The notes beneath the pieces were generated by a model. That model had not been told where the DNA came from. It saw only the letters and a list, made by a program, of their open reading frames with translations, and did no database searches. Below, one piece after another: positions 26,574 through 35,658 of a stretch of 64,000 nt of DNA. The first letter of the stretch is position 1, and every line of letters starts with the position of its first letter. Origin of the DNA: Minisyncoccota bacterium. Lineage in GTDB: Bacteria; Patescibacteriota; Minisyncoccia; Phycocordibacterales; JACRKE01. Both the position numbers and the translations under genes were made by a program. Location: positions 307,979 to 371,978 of the forward strand of contig JBAZWG010000001.1 in NCBI GenBank assembly GCA_041660505.1. Direction: 5' to 3'.

Positions 26574-28721
26574 TTACTTCCTCGCTTCGATAATCTGGGC
26601 TTCGATATTCTTGGAGACAATCTGATATTCGCAGAATTCCATGGTGAAGCTGGCGCGGCCCTCGGTCATACTGCGGAGCTGAGTGACGTAGCCGAACATT
26701 TCCGATAGTGGCACTTTGGCATTGACCACTTTGTTCTGTCCGCGATTTTCCATACCTTCTATTTGGGCGCGGCGGGATGACAGGTTACCGGTCACGTCAC
26801 CCATAAACTTCTCGGGCGTCACCACCTCCACCTTCATTATCGGCTCGAGGATAACCGGGCCGGCGCGTTTGGCCGCTTCTTGGAAGGCGATGGAGCCCGC
26901 CATTTTGAACGCCATTTCGGACGAGTCCACGTCGTGAGATGAACCGAAGGTGAGCTCGACGGATACATCCACAACCGGGAAGCCGGCAAGAATACCGCGG
27001 CCAAGAGCTTCGCGCACGCCTTTCTCAACGGCCGGGATAAATTCATTCGGAATGACACCGCCCTTGATACTGTTGATGAACTCGAAGTGGTCCTCGCGCG
27101 TCGTATTCTTCGAGACTTTTTTATCAGGGTCAACAGCCTCAAGCGGTTTGACGGTAAGCACGCAGTGGCCGTACTGACCGCGACCGCCGGACTGCTTGAT
27201 GTGCTTGCCTTCCGCCTCGGCGCTCTTCGTGATGGTCTCCTTGTACGCCACCTGCGGTTTGCCGACGTTCGCCTCCACATTAAATTCGCGCTTCATGCGG
27301 TCAATGATAATTTCGAGGTGGAGCTCACCCATGCCGGAGATAATCGTCTCCATTGTCTCTTCATCGGTCGAGATTCTAAATGTTGGGTCTTCGTCCGAGA
27401 GGCGCTTCATGGCCAAGCCCATCTTCTCTTGGTCGGCCTTGGTCTTGGGCTCAATGCGCATAGACACGACCGACTCCGGGATCTTGATAGACTCGAGCAC
27501 GATAGGATGTGCCTCATCACAGAGCGTGTGGCCAGTCTTGGCTTCTTTAAGCCCTACCGCCGCCGCGATTTCACCGGCGAAGACTTTCTTAACCTCTTCG
27601 CGTTCATTCGCATGCATGCGGAGGATACGGCCAAGGCGTTCGCGCGAACCGGTACTGGCGTTATAAACATAAGAGCCAGACTCGATTGTGCCGGAGTAGA
27701 CGCGGAAGAAGGTGAGCTGGCCAACAAACGGATCTGATTGTAATTTGAAGGCAAGAGCCGAGAAAGGCTGGTCGTCAGAAGCCGGGCGAGTAATCTCCTC
27801 ACCCGTGTTCGGGTCAGTCCCCTTCGTGACCGGGATGTCTAGCGGCGATGGCAAGTAGTCAACGACAGCATCGAGCACAAGTTGGACGCCTTTGTTCTTA
27901 AGAGCCGAACCGCAGAGCACAGGGACTATCTTGTTGTCGATTACCGCTTTGCGGAGAATTTTCTTGAGGCGCGCGATATCGATCTCTTTACCTTCCAGAT
28001 ATTCATTCATCGCGGTGTCATCTTCGGCCACAATCTTCTCGATGAGTTCGTGATGGAATTTCTTGGCTGTCTCGAGCAAGTTTTCCGGAATTTCCGCCTC
28101 TTTTACCACACTGCCTTTGTCTCCTTCGAAGTAGAACGCCTTCATTTGGAGCAGGTCAATAACGCCTTCATGCTTATCCTCTTCGCCAATTGGGATTTGC
28201 ATTCTTACTGCGTCCTTCGTAAGCCGGTCTAATATTGTGGCGTAAGAATGTTCGAAGTTACCTCCCGTGCGATCGAGTTTGTTAATGAAGCAGATGCGCG
28301 GCACGTTGCCCTCGTCGGCATAACGCCAGTTGGTCTCGGATTGGGGCTCTACGCCGGCCACGCCGTCAAATACTACGACAGCGCCGTCCAAGACGCGCAA
28401 AGAACGACGCACTTCGATAGTGAAGTCAATGTGCCCCGGGGTGTCAATAATATTGAAGCGGAGCTTTTTACTGACGTCCTTCTTATCGGCAACGTAAGTC
28501 GGTGTCCAGAAGGCCGTGGTTGCAGCCGAGGTAATAGTAATACCGCGCTCGCGCTCTTGCTCCATCCAGTCCATGACGGTGTCGCCCTCGTGTACCTCGC
28601 CGATCTTGTGTGATACGCCGGTGTAGAAAAGGATGCGCTCCGAAGTGGTCGTCTTGCCCGCATCAATGTGGGCGATGACGCCGAAGTTACGTACTCTGTC
28701 CAAAGGATAATCTCGATTCAT
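26574..28721 (-). CDS. fusA: Elongation factor G
   Basis: [23 protein letters not shown]. Confidence 0.99.
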   Translation of the reverse strand: MNRDYPLDRVRNFGVIAHIDAGKTTTSERILFYTGVSHKIGEVHEGDTVMDWMEQERERGITITSAATTAFWTPTYVADKKDVSKKLRFNIIDTPGHIDFTIEVRRSLRVLDGAVVVFDGVAGVEPQSETNWRYADEGNVPRICFINKLDRTGGNFEHSYATILDRLTKDAVRMQIPIGEEDKHEGVIDLLQMKAFYFEGDKGSVVKEAEIPENLLETAKKFHHELIEKIVAEDDTAMNEYLEGKEIDIARLKKILRKAVIDNKIVPVLCGSALKNKGVQLVLDAVVDYLPSPLDIPVTKGTDPNTGEEITRPASDDQPFSALAFKLQSDPFVGQLTFFRVYSGTIESGSYVYNASTGSRERLGRILRMHANEREEVKKVFAGEIAAAVGLKEAKTGHTLCDEAHPIVLESIKIPESVVSMRIEPKTKADQEKMGLAMKRLSDEDPTFRISTDEETMETIISGMGELHLEIIIDRMKREFNVEANVGKPQVAYKETITKSAEAEGKHIKQSGGRGQYGHCVLTVKPLEAVDPDKKVSKNTTREDHFEFINSIKGGVIPNEFIPAVEKGVREALGRGILAGFPVVDVSVELTFGSSHDVDSSEMAFKMAGSIAFQEAAKRAGPVILEPIMKVEVVTPEKFMGDVTGNLSSRRAQIEGMENRGQNKVVNAKVPLSEMFGYVTQLRSMTEGRASFTMEFCEYQIVSKNIEAQIIEARK

Positions 28722-28848
28722 GAAAATAATTTCGAATTTCTAATTTTTAATTTCGAATGAAACAAAAAAGCACGAGTGCTTGTGTCGCCATACAATACAG
28801 TAAAATTGGGAAATAATCAACCCGCGCGAGTCCGCATTCCGAGGTTCG

Positions 28849-28879
28849 AAAGTGGTCAACACCCGATGTTGACCACTTT
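28849..28879. repeat. Family C hairpin AAAGTGGTCAACA-CCCGA-TGTTGACCACTTT
   Basis: Related to the 62728-62759 hairpin and the 8597 dyad. Confidence 0.75.
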
Positions 28880-28883
28880 TTGA

Positions 28884-29024
28884 TTAACCAACCAAACTTC
28901 TTTTCTCCTCTTCGAATGCTTTCAGCTTGCTTAATTCTTTACTACTCCAGCGGCAGGAATGGCCGGTTTTGTTCGGCTTGCACAGTGCACAACTGCGCTT
29001 TTTATTTTTCAATCTTTTGCGCAT
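28884..29024 (-). CDS. 46-aa basic CxxC microprotein
   Basis: Manual translation MRKRLKNKKRSCALCKPNKTGHSCRWSSKELSKLKAFEEEKRSLVG*; TAAAAT 6 nt before ATG. Confidence 0.55.
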   Translation of the reverse strand: MRKRLKNKKRSCALCKPNKTGHSCRWSSKELSKLKAFEEEKRSLVG

Positions 29025-29037
29025 GATTAAATTTTAC

Positions 29038-29066
29038 TTGATTTTTTATGTGTTCCATCATATACT
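29038..29066 (+). promoter_or_regulatory. sigma70 promoter TTGATT-17-TATACT
   Basis: Read directly; no ORF downstream. Confidence 0.7.
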
Positions 29067-29072
29067 TATCTC

Positions 29073-29161
29073 GTGCTTGGAGGGCTTCAGCCCTGTCACG
29101 GCTATCCATGCTGTAGCCAGGCACGCTAAAGGACATCGTTCAGAATATGGCGGTGTTTTTT
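29073..29161 (+). ncRNA. Putative ~90-nt structured small RNA (three-way junction plus terminator)
   Basis: P1 GTGCTT/AGGCAC, P2 AGGGC-TTCA-GCCCT, P3 GGCTA..TAGCC, then GACATCG../..CGGTGTT and a U-tract. Confidence 0.6.
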
Positions 29162-29177
29162 AGTTTCTGGTACTTCT

Positions 29178-29663
29178 TTAATCATTCTCAGGGTCACCAC
29201 CATGCAGTATCCTACGTTTCGCCTCTTTGTTAATTTTCCAGAATGGAATGATGCTCCAGAAATACTTTTCTCCGCCAGCTACTTCTTTGACAATTACTTT
29301 GACGCGGACGTTATCCAAAACCGCGATGAATTCATAGAACGAAACATCTTTAAGAACATGCTCCCAGCGATTATTCGTCTTTTGTGATTCGAACCGTTTA
29401 GTATGGAATATGCCTTGTACCGTCCGCGAGAGTCTTAAGACTTCAGGTGCCAAATGTAATAATTTAAGCCGTGCATACTGGTCATGGTGCGGCCGCGCTT
29501 GTTGATCCGATTTGAATTTTAAATGTCGAATCCCCTTAGCATTGAATGCGATGTCTCCGGAAAAATACGGACAGCGCACAGATTTAATAGTTTCATAAAA
29601 TGCTTCTGCTCTATCGCGATGTGCCAGGAAGTCAGCTTCATCTTTCAAATTAAACTTTCCCAT
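29178..29663 (-). CDS. Hypothetical protein, possibly a BECR/RelE-like RNase
   Basis: FNAKGIRHLKFK, RLKLL, VKVIVK..KYFWSIIP; fold inferred from motif pattern only. Confidence 0.7.
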   Translation of the reverse strand: MGKFNLKDEADFLAHRDRAEAFYETIKSVRCPYFSGDIAFNAKGIRHLKFKSDQQARPHHDQYARLKLLHLAPEVLRLSRTVQGIFHTKRFESQKTNNRWEHVLKDVSFYEFIAVLDNVRVKVIVKEVAGGEKYFWSIIPFWKINKEAKRRILHGGDPEND

Positions 29664-29724
29664 GTAGCCGTCATTATAGCGCAGTCGAAACAAATCAGTT
29701 GTACCCGGAATGGGGACAACGCAA

Positions 29725-29760
29725 AAGGTTCGACCTTTTACTTGCTTAAGGTCGAACCTT
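29725..29760. repeat. Family A dyad AAGGTTCGACCTT-N10-AAGGTCGAACCTT after rpsG
   Basis: Compensating loop change in both arms. Confidence 0.9.
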
Positions 29761-29785
29761 GGAAATACAAATTCGGGAAATCAAA

Positions 29786-30256
29786 CTACCAGGCGAAGTG
29801 GGCGAAGGCTCTGTTTGCCTCTGCCATCTTGTGAGTATTCTCGCGCTTCTTGACGCCCTCGCCTTCGTTCTTATTGGCGGACATTATTTCTTCTACCAGG
29901 CGCTTGTGCATAGGCTTGCCCTTTTTGGCGAAGGCGGCGTTGATGAGCCAGCGGAAGGCGAGTGACTGGCGGCGCTCCGGGCGCACTTCGCGAGGTACTT
30001 GGTAGGTCGCACCACCAATTCGACGTGAGCGGACCTCCATAAGCGGGGCGACGTTCTTGATGGCGTTCTCGAAGAGCTCGAGCGGAGCCTCGGTCTTGCC
30101 GGCGGTTTTAAGCTCGTCCAACATGCCGTAAACGATCTTCCTCGCTGCATTCTTCTTGCCGCGCTCCATTATATAGTTGGTGAACTTAGAAACCACTTCA
30201 GAATTATATTTGAAGTCTGGTGTAACTTTATTTCGGTTTTTTACTTTTCTGCGCAT
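29786..30256 (-). CDS. rpsG: 30S ribosomal protein S7
   Basis: RRIGGATYQVP, HKMAEANRAFAH. Confidence 0.98.
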   Translation of the reverse strand: MRRKVKNRNKVTPDFKYNSEVVSKFTNYIMERGKKNAARKIVYGMLDELKTAGKTEAPLELFENAIKNVAPLMEVRSRRIGGATYQVPREVRPERRQSLAFRWLINAAFAKKGKPMHKRLVEEIMSANKNEGEGVKKRENTHKMAEANRAFAHFAW

Positions 30257-30273
30257 AATTTTTGTCTGTCTTT

Positions 30274-30309
30274 AAGGTTCAACCTTTTGGATGCCTAAGG
30301 TTGAACCTT
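30274..30309. repeat. Family A dyad (rpsL-rpsG spacer)
   Basis: Identical core to the 8220 and 10135 copies. Confidence 0.9.
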
Positions 30310-30326
30310 GGCCAGTCTTTATTTCT

Positions 30327-30749
30327 TTATTTCTTTCCTGCCTTCGGAGCCTTTGCACCGTACTTGCTGCGACCTTGGCCGCGCTTCTCTACCCCACCGG
30401 CGTCCAAGCGTCCACGCACAATATGGTAGCGCACACCGACAAGGTCCTTCACACGGCCGCCGCGAATCATCACGACAGAGTGCTCTTGCAGGTTGTGGCC
30501 GATGCCCGGGATGTAGGCGGTGACTTCCATACCGTTCGTCAAGCGTACGCGAGCAACTTTACGGAGAGCGGAGTTCGGCTTCTTCGGCGTTGTGGTCTTT
30601 ACCAATGTACAAACACCGCGCTTGAAGGGCGACGGGTAATAAATCGGCTTGTTTTTGATCGTGTTGAACCCGCGCGAAAGAGCGATCGTGCGGATCTTGC
30701 GCTTCTGAACTTTGCGCGGCTTGCGGACAAGTTGATTGATGGTTGACAT
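30327..30749 (-). CDS. rpsL: 30S ribosomal protein S12
   Basis: [27 protein letters not shown]. Confidence 0.98.
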   Translation of the reverse strand: MSTINQLVRKPRKVQKRKIRTIALSRGFNTIKNKPIYYPSPFKRGVCTLVKTTTPKKPNSALRKVARVRLTNGMEVTAYIPGIGHNLQEHSVVMIRGGRVKDLVGVRYHIVRGRLDAGGVEKRGQGRSKYGAKAPKAGKK

Positions 30750-30832
30750 GTAAGTGAGTATGATAGCAGAAATTTGCCTATAATGTCAATTTGCCGTAGG
30801 CTTAACTAGGTTTTGGCGGGGAAAGGAAGGAT

Positions 30833-31216
30833 ATGATAATAATAAAGCCTGTGAGGCGGAAGCGGCGCCTCGATGACATCTTGGGAGAAATCCTAGCGTT
30901 CGAGAGCGACCTCGAACGCGACTTCAAGAATACAGCGGCGGCCATTGGCTCGCCGAACTTCGTTTATCACCTTCAGAAGACTCATGCGAATTGCTTCAGT
31001 CTTTTGGATTTGGTGAACACCAAGTTTCATAGACCAGCCGATTTGCCTCCAAGTGCAAAGAAGGAGAATTTGCTACCTCTTTGCGATTGGACAGTTCTAC
31101 TCCTCGAGCGGGTCATCGACACCTGCAAGAAGAGAAAGGACTCGCAAGTCCCATGGTCCTTGGAGCCAGGAGTCGAGAGACTCAAGGCTATCAGGGCGAA
31201 CATTTCCGTCATTTGA
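30833..31216 (+). CDS. Hypothetical protein, cassette unit 1
   Basis: AAAGGAAGG RBS, TTGCCT-17-TAGGCT promoter, downstream hairpins. Confidence 0.6.
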   Translation: MIIIKPVRRKRRLDDILGEILAFESDLERDFKNTAAAIGSPNFVYHLQKTHANCFSLLDLVNTKFHRPADLPPSAKKENLLPLCDWTVLLLERVIDTCKKRKDSQVPWSLEPGVERLKAIRANISVI

Positions 31217-31373
31217 ACGGCCGCGCGTGAATCCCGCCACACGCCGGCCCATTGCGACCCCTCCGCTCGACACAGAGCAGTGAGGGGTCGCTTCTTTTCC
31301 ACAGAAATTTGCCTTAAACGTCAAGATGTGTTACTCTAATTACAGTTTGATTGGCGGGAAAGGAAGAGAAGAA

Positions 31374-31700
31374 ATGAAATTCTTGACTAGAGGTGTGTTT
31401 CTCAAGGTCGAGGAGCTTGTCCATGCTCTTCGCGCTAAGAGCACACTCGAGGTGCACACCATGAGGTGGCACCTTTTCGTTTACCTCGGGGCCGGTGAAG
31501 CCGAGAAATTCGGGATCACTCGTCCCGAAAACACGGCCACGGATCTGAAAGTTGCCAGGGATTGGACCGAGGCAACCTTGAAGAGACTCTCGGCACTGAC
31601 CGGGTCGTGCTTTTTCGAGGAGCAACTCTCTCTCCTCGAGAGACCTCTGCCCCAGACGGCCAGTAAGGTCTCGGACGAGTTCGAGGAAATCACTGGCTGA
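31374..31700 (+). CDS. Hypothetical protein, cassette unit 2 (distant paralog of unit 1)
   Basis: TTGCCT-17-TACTCT promoter, AAAGGAAG RBS; shares FVY..RP..DWT...L.R. Confidence 0.6.
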   Translation: MKFLTRGVFLKVEELVHALRAKSTLEVHTMRWHLFVYLGAGEAEKFGITRPENTATDLKVARDWTEATLKRLSALTGSCFFEEQLSLLERPLPQTASKVSDEFEEITG

Positions 31701-31801
31701 TCAGCCCGACCAACGGCCTGCGTGAACCCCGCCACACGCCGGCCCAATACAAAGCCTCCCTCGCATGGTGCGTCGGAGGCTTTGAACTTTCTATGAGATA
31801 C

Positions 31802-32431
31802 TTAAGCGCCAAGAATCAGCTTAATCAAAAAGTATTCGAAATTCACAAGCCATGTTACGCCGGACGAGTTCAAGAAAACAATGAGAATAAAAACCAAAAA
31901 GAGCTGATTGCGCGTCATAAACTCTTCTATATATCTTAAGTGATACGGCAAGAGGGCGAAGAGAAGCTTAGAGCCGTCCAGAGGCGCAACCGGCAAAAGA
32001 TTAAATATACCTAATGAAATATTAACAAATATGATTGTGAACAGTAATGTCTGCGCGGGAAGACTAAAATAACCAAAGAAGAAGCGCGAGATAAGCCCGA
32101 AGACAATAGCCAAGAAAAGATTAGATAAAGGCCCGGCGGCGGCAACTATTGCCGGCCCCCACTTCCCTGCCTTTAGATTATACGGATTATACGGCACCGG
32201 CTTGGCCCAGCCGAAGGGGAATCCGGCAAGCGAGGTTATTATCGGCACTAGAATTGACCCGACAGGATCAAGATGTTTAAGAGGGTTCAATGTCAGCCGA
32301 CCGGCGTATTTGGCCGTCGGGTCGCCGAGTATGTAAGCCACATAACCATGCGACACCTCGTGCACGATAACCGACATAATGAGTACGGCGAGCGAGAAAA
32401 TTATAGTGAGTAGGCCAGTATCTTGCGGCAT
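31802..32431 (-). CDS. Site-2 protease, peptidase M50
   Basis: HEVSH, AAAGP, NLLPVAPLDG. Confidence 0.93.
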   Translation of the reverse strand: MPQDTGLLTIIFSLAVLIMSVIVHEVSHGYVAYILGDPTAKYAGRLTLNPLKHLDPVGSILVPIITSLAGFPFGWAKPVPYNPYNLKAGKWGPAIVAAAGPLSNLFLAIVFGLISRFFFGYFSLPAQTLLFTIIFVNISLGIFNLLPVAPLDGSKLLFALLPYHLRYIEEFMTRNQLFLVFILIVFLNSSGVTWLVNFEYFLIKLILGA

Positions 32432-32461
32432 AGTGATTTATATGATAACATAATGGCTCTT

Positions 32462-32665
32462 ATGGCAAAAGCATGTCCACTATGTGCGCGAACGTCAGCC
32501 TCGGGCGGAGGATACTCCAACCGTGTTCGTGCTACCAAATTTAACCCGACCGGCACGGTAGCCAAGAAGGTTAACCTCCAATGGGCCAAGATCAAAGACG
32601 GCAGTAGAATGAAGATCTGCACCCGCTGTATCAAGGGCAACAAGAATCTCACCGCTACGCGGTAG
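32462..32665 (+). CDS. rpmB: 50S ribosomal protein L28
   Basis: CPLC..S....VNLQ...KICTRCIK. Confidence 0.85.
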   Translation: MAKACPLCARTSASGGGYSNRVRATKFNPTGTVAKKVNLQWAKIKDGSRMKICTRCIKGNKNLTATR

Positions 32666-32701
32666 TTGAAAGTTTTAAAGTTTAAAGTTGAAAGTTCGGG
32701 A

Positions 32702-34720
32702 TTACTTCCGAGCTTTTTTAGTTGCGGCTGCGCCTTCTACTGACAGCACTTTACTTGTCATTGTGTTCATGCCGTTTACAAATTGTGATGATGAGATAAG
32801 GGATGGTGAGCTCGTAGATACCGGCTCGAGACGAATCTCGTACTTGAGCGTGAAATCTTTTTTTGTAGAGATGTACGCGTAATCAGTTTTAGTAAATACG
32901 TCCTTCGGAATCTTGCTTATGACCGGCACATCGTCTCCCCATGGCGCGAAGTCGAAGCCGGCTTTAACGGTGGGCTTCTTCGCTGTCTGCGGATGTTCGA
33001 GACGAATCTGATTCGGCGTCTTCATCAGCTCGCTTAGCGACATTGGGAATTCGCCGGCCACAGTCTTGTAACTCCCGAGTGCATAGAAAATACTTGAGAC
33101 ATTAGTTTCTTGCTTGTGTTCGTAATATTGGTCCAGGGTCATCCCCGAGAGCGATGCATAGGCTTCGACTGCGGAGATAACATTACCGGGTGCGACTAAA
33201 CTGATCGGCGTATTAATATCAGAAAGAGTCAGTGATGATTCGGTAACCATCATTTTATCTTTCGTGGCAGGGTCACTTTCGTCATAAGCGATTTTGGAGA
33301 GCGCATGCACCTTGACTGGGAAGGCTGTCTGCGGGTCGATCCAAACCTGCATCGCCACATTCGGGTCTGTATCTAATTTAACATCGTATTTATATGTGCG
33401 CGTATCTCCAATATTCTCATTTGCGAGATAGGTGGCAGAAGCATGCGTATTCTGCATGGTTTCTATGGCACTTAATACTTGTGGCGCGCTCGAGGCCATA
33501 CTGCCGAGCGAGAAACCGAACTCGTCCGCCGTGGTTTTATCAAACTTAACCCACTTGCCTTCAACCTTCGAAAGATCGAAGAGCCCGAGCGACGGAAGTT
33601 TATTGAGTTGAGCATAAAACGTTTCTCCTATTTTCATGAAACTGGCTTCTGAAGTGAAGGAAACTCCCCCCACGGTGCCGGTGAGCGTACCGTGAAGTTG
33701 GCCATTCTTATTAAGCACCGAACTTGAATCGGTTATATCGGCAGAACCGGATATATCCGCGTGAATGGTCATATCAGCCGGCATTCCGTAACCTGACATA
33801 CCTGTAACGGCAGGAGTTGTAGAACCGGTGACGAGTGCCTTGGGTGGCCGAGGGACAGAATTATCATAAGGCTCTGTCTTAACATCGATAGAGGCGGAGT
33901 AACCGAATGTATTAATAGAAGAAAACTTACCGAGCATCGCCCCGAAGAGCTGATCCTTGGGATACCTCTCGAAGAACGAAGAAACGAATGGCAGTTTGCT
34001 AATCTGGTCAGACAAAGCCGGCGGCAACCACGAACCGGTCATAGCGAACGATACGCCCGAGCCGATACTGGCCAGCACAACAAGCACAAGGACAACCATC
34101 GCGAGCTTATAAAAGATTCCGTGCTTTTTCTTTGGCATTACGCTAATCACAGCACCTGGCGGAGTCTTTGGTGCAGGTGCAGGTATTGGAATCGCTTTCG
34201 GCACCACCTCCGCTTGCGGGACAGATGGGTGCATCAAGTCCATCGGCATTGTTGGAATACCCGTAAGTGTGGTACTCAAACTCTGGGCCAGATTTTCATG
34301 AGCTGCGGGTGTCGGAAGAGTCATTCCGCGAGGAGCGGCTACTGGTGCGGGTATCGGCGCATAAGCAACTGCGGGTGTTGAGGACGCAAATTCAATTTTA
34401 GTATCTTGTTTTATCGCGGCAGACAGATCGTTCATCAAGTCTTGATCCGCCGGATGCGTCATAAGAGGAACGTCAATAGGAGCAACTGGCGCCGGCGGTG
34501 TTACGGGCTTTGGTGCCACCGGTTCCGCTTTAGCGGTCGGGATGGGCATTGCTGGTTTCGTCACAAGCCTATCTTTTTTAATTTCGGCTATTGCATTCTC
34601 TATTGCTTGTACCGAGTAACCAACCTTGATCAAGTCGGCCTTAGTTACATCTTCTTTACCGTTTGTAACTTCGCCTTTTAGATATTCCCAAATGACTCCG
34701 CCTTTTGTAATGGTATCCAT
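32702..34720 (-). CDS. Membrane-anchored protein with a Pro-rich cytoplasmic region, one TM and an extracytoplasmic beta-rich domain
   Basis: Composition and TM segment; C-terminal IPKDV..YAY is reminiscent of pseudopilin ends. Confidence 0.75.
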   Translation of the reverse strand: MDTITKGGVIWEYLKGEVTNGKEDVTKADLIKVGYSVQAIENAIAEIKKDRLVTKPAMPIPTAKAEPVAPKPVTPPAPVAPIDVPLMTHPADQDLMNDLSAAIKQDTKIEFASSTPAVAYAPIPAPVAAPRGMTLPTPAAHENLAQSLSTTLTGIPTMPMDLMHPSVPQAEVVPKAIPIPAPAPKTPPGAVISVMPKKKHGIFYKLAMVVLVLVVLASIGSGVSFAMTGSWLPPALSDQISKLPFVSSFFERYPKDQLFGAMLGKFSSINTFGYSASIDVKTEPYDNSVPRPPKALVTGSTTPAVTGMSGYGMPADMTIHADISGSADITDSSSVLNKNGQLHGTLTGTVGGVSFTSEASFMKIGETFYAQLNKLPSLGLFDLSKVEGKWVKFDKTTADEFGFSLGSMASSAPQVLSAIETMQNTHASATYLANENIGDTRTYKYDVKLDTDPNVAMQVWIDPQTAFPVKVHALSKIAYDESDPATKDKMMVTESSLTLSDINTPISLVAPGNVISAVEAYASLSGMTLDQYYEHKQETNVSSIFYALGSYKTVAGEFPMSLSELMKTPNQIRLEHPQTAKKPTVKAGFDFAPWGDDVPVISKIPKDVFTKTDYAYISTKKDFTLKYEIRLEPVSTSSPSLISSSQFVNGMNTMTSKVLSVEGAAATKKARK

Positions 34721-34776
34721 ACATCTATTATACAATGCGCGGATATATAATGATATTGAAAACAGTGGAAAAGTTT

Positions 34777-35658
34777 TTATTTCTTTTGCGCGATAGTATT
34801 ACCGTCGGAGACGAAGGTTATTGTACCCTGCTCATCCGTGCGTAAGTACGGGACGCCGAATTTCGCGAGCTTATCCAACGTTTCTTTATTCGGATGACCG
34901 TATTTATTGTCTTTACCGACAGAAATAATAGCGAATGAGGGTTTAACATATCCAAGCAGTGCTTCGCCGGTTGCGGTCTTAGAACCGTGATGACCCAATT
35001 TTAAAATATCGGCCTTAAGATTATCGCCGTCTAGCGATGCGAGATAATTTTCGACCGCTTGCGGTTCGTCGGCGGTCATAAGCACGCGAGTTTTGCCGTA
35101 AATCAATTCTGACACAATGGATTTATCATTAGTGTCACCGCCTTCTATGTATCTGTCGGGGAATAATATTCGCAACGTTGCTCCCCCGCCGAGGTCAACT
35201 ACTTGCCCGCGTTTGGCGATAACGACCGGTATCTCCTCTGTCTTGGCAATTCGTTCAACGAGTTGTTCTTGTTTATTAAGAGAATTGCCGGGCGACACCA
35301 TCAAGGCGCCGACATCATCGCGCGACAGCACGCTTGGCATACCGCCGGAATGGTCTAAGTCGGGGTGCGTCTCCATCACGAAGTCGATACGGCGATCATA
35401 GAATGGCAATTCATTGCCAAGCCTGCGCAAGACGATACTACCCGGGCCGGCATCGATGAGCGCATGATTCCCCACCGGTGACTCAATATATATAGAGTCG
35501 CCTTGGCCGACGTCTAGGAACGAGATAGTCAGTTTGCCTTGTCTTAACTCGTGGGATAATACATAAGCAAAGAAAAATACCGATACGCAAAGCCCGAGAA
35601 GAAAAGCTAGTTTAGCGTAGTGCTTTTTTGTGAAGAATTTCAGGTAATTTCCTTTCAT
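34777..35658 (-). CDS. ComEC metallo-beta-lactamase domain protein
   Basis: FLDVGQGD, THPDLDH, LKLGHHGS, NKYGHP. Confidence 0.92.
   Translation of the reverse strand: MKGNYLKFFTKKHYAKLAFLLGLCVSVFFFAYVLSHELRQGKLTISFLDVGQGDSIYIESPVGNHALIDAGPGSIVLRRLGNELPFYDRRIDFVMETHPDLDHSGGMPSVLSRDDVGALMVSPGNSLNKQEQLVERIAKTEEIPVVIAKRGQVVDLGGGATLRILFPDRYIEGGDTNDKSIVSELIYGKTRVLMTADEPQAVENYLASLDGDNLKADILKLGHHGSKTATGEALLGYVKPSFAIISVGKDNKYGHPNKETLDKLAKFGVPYLRTDEQGTITFVSDGNTIAQKK

Noticed and set aside
28995-29024. Microprotein start MRKRLKNKKR as a duplicated rpsG 5' end (MRRKVKNRNK)
   Set aside because: The resemblance is limited to basic, A-rich composition, with no extended nucleotide identity like the pilC duplication.
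29073-29161. tRNA or hammerhead ribozyme identity for the small RNA
   Set aside because: No cloverleaf with a T-loop or CCA end, and no CUGANGA/GAAA core on either strand.
7890-30746. Many opposite-strand ORFs over ribosomal genes, tuf and fusA, and similar ORFs at 2677-3355
   Set aside because: They are shadow frames of real genes with no recognisable motifs or independent expression signals.
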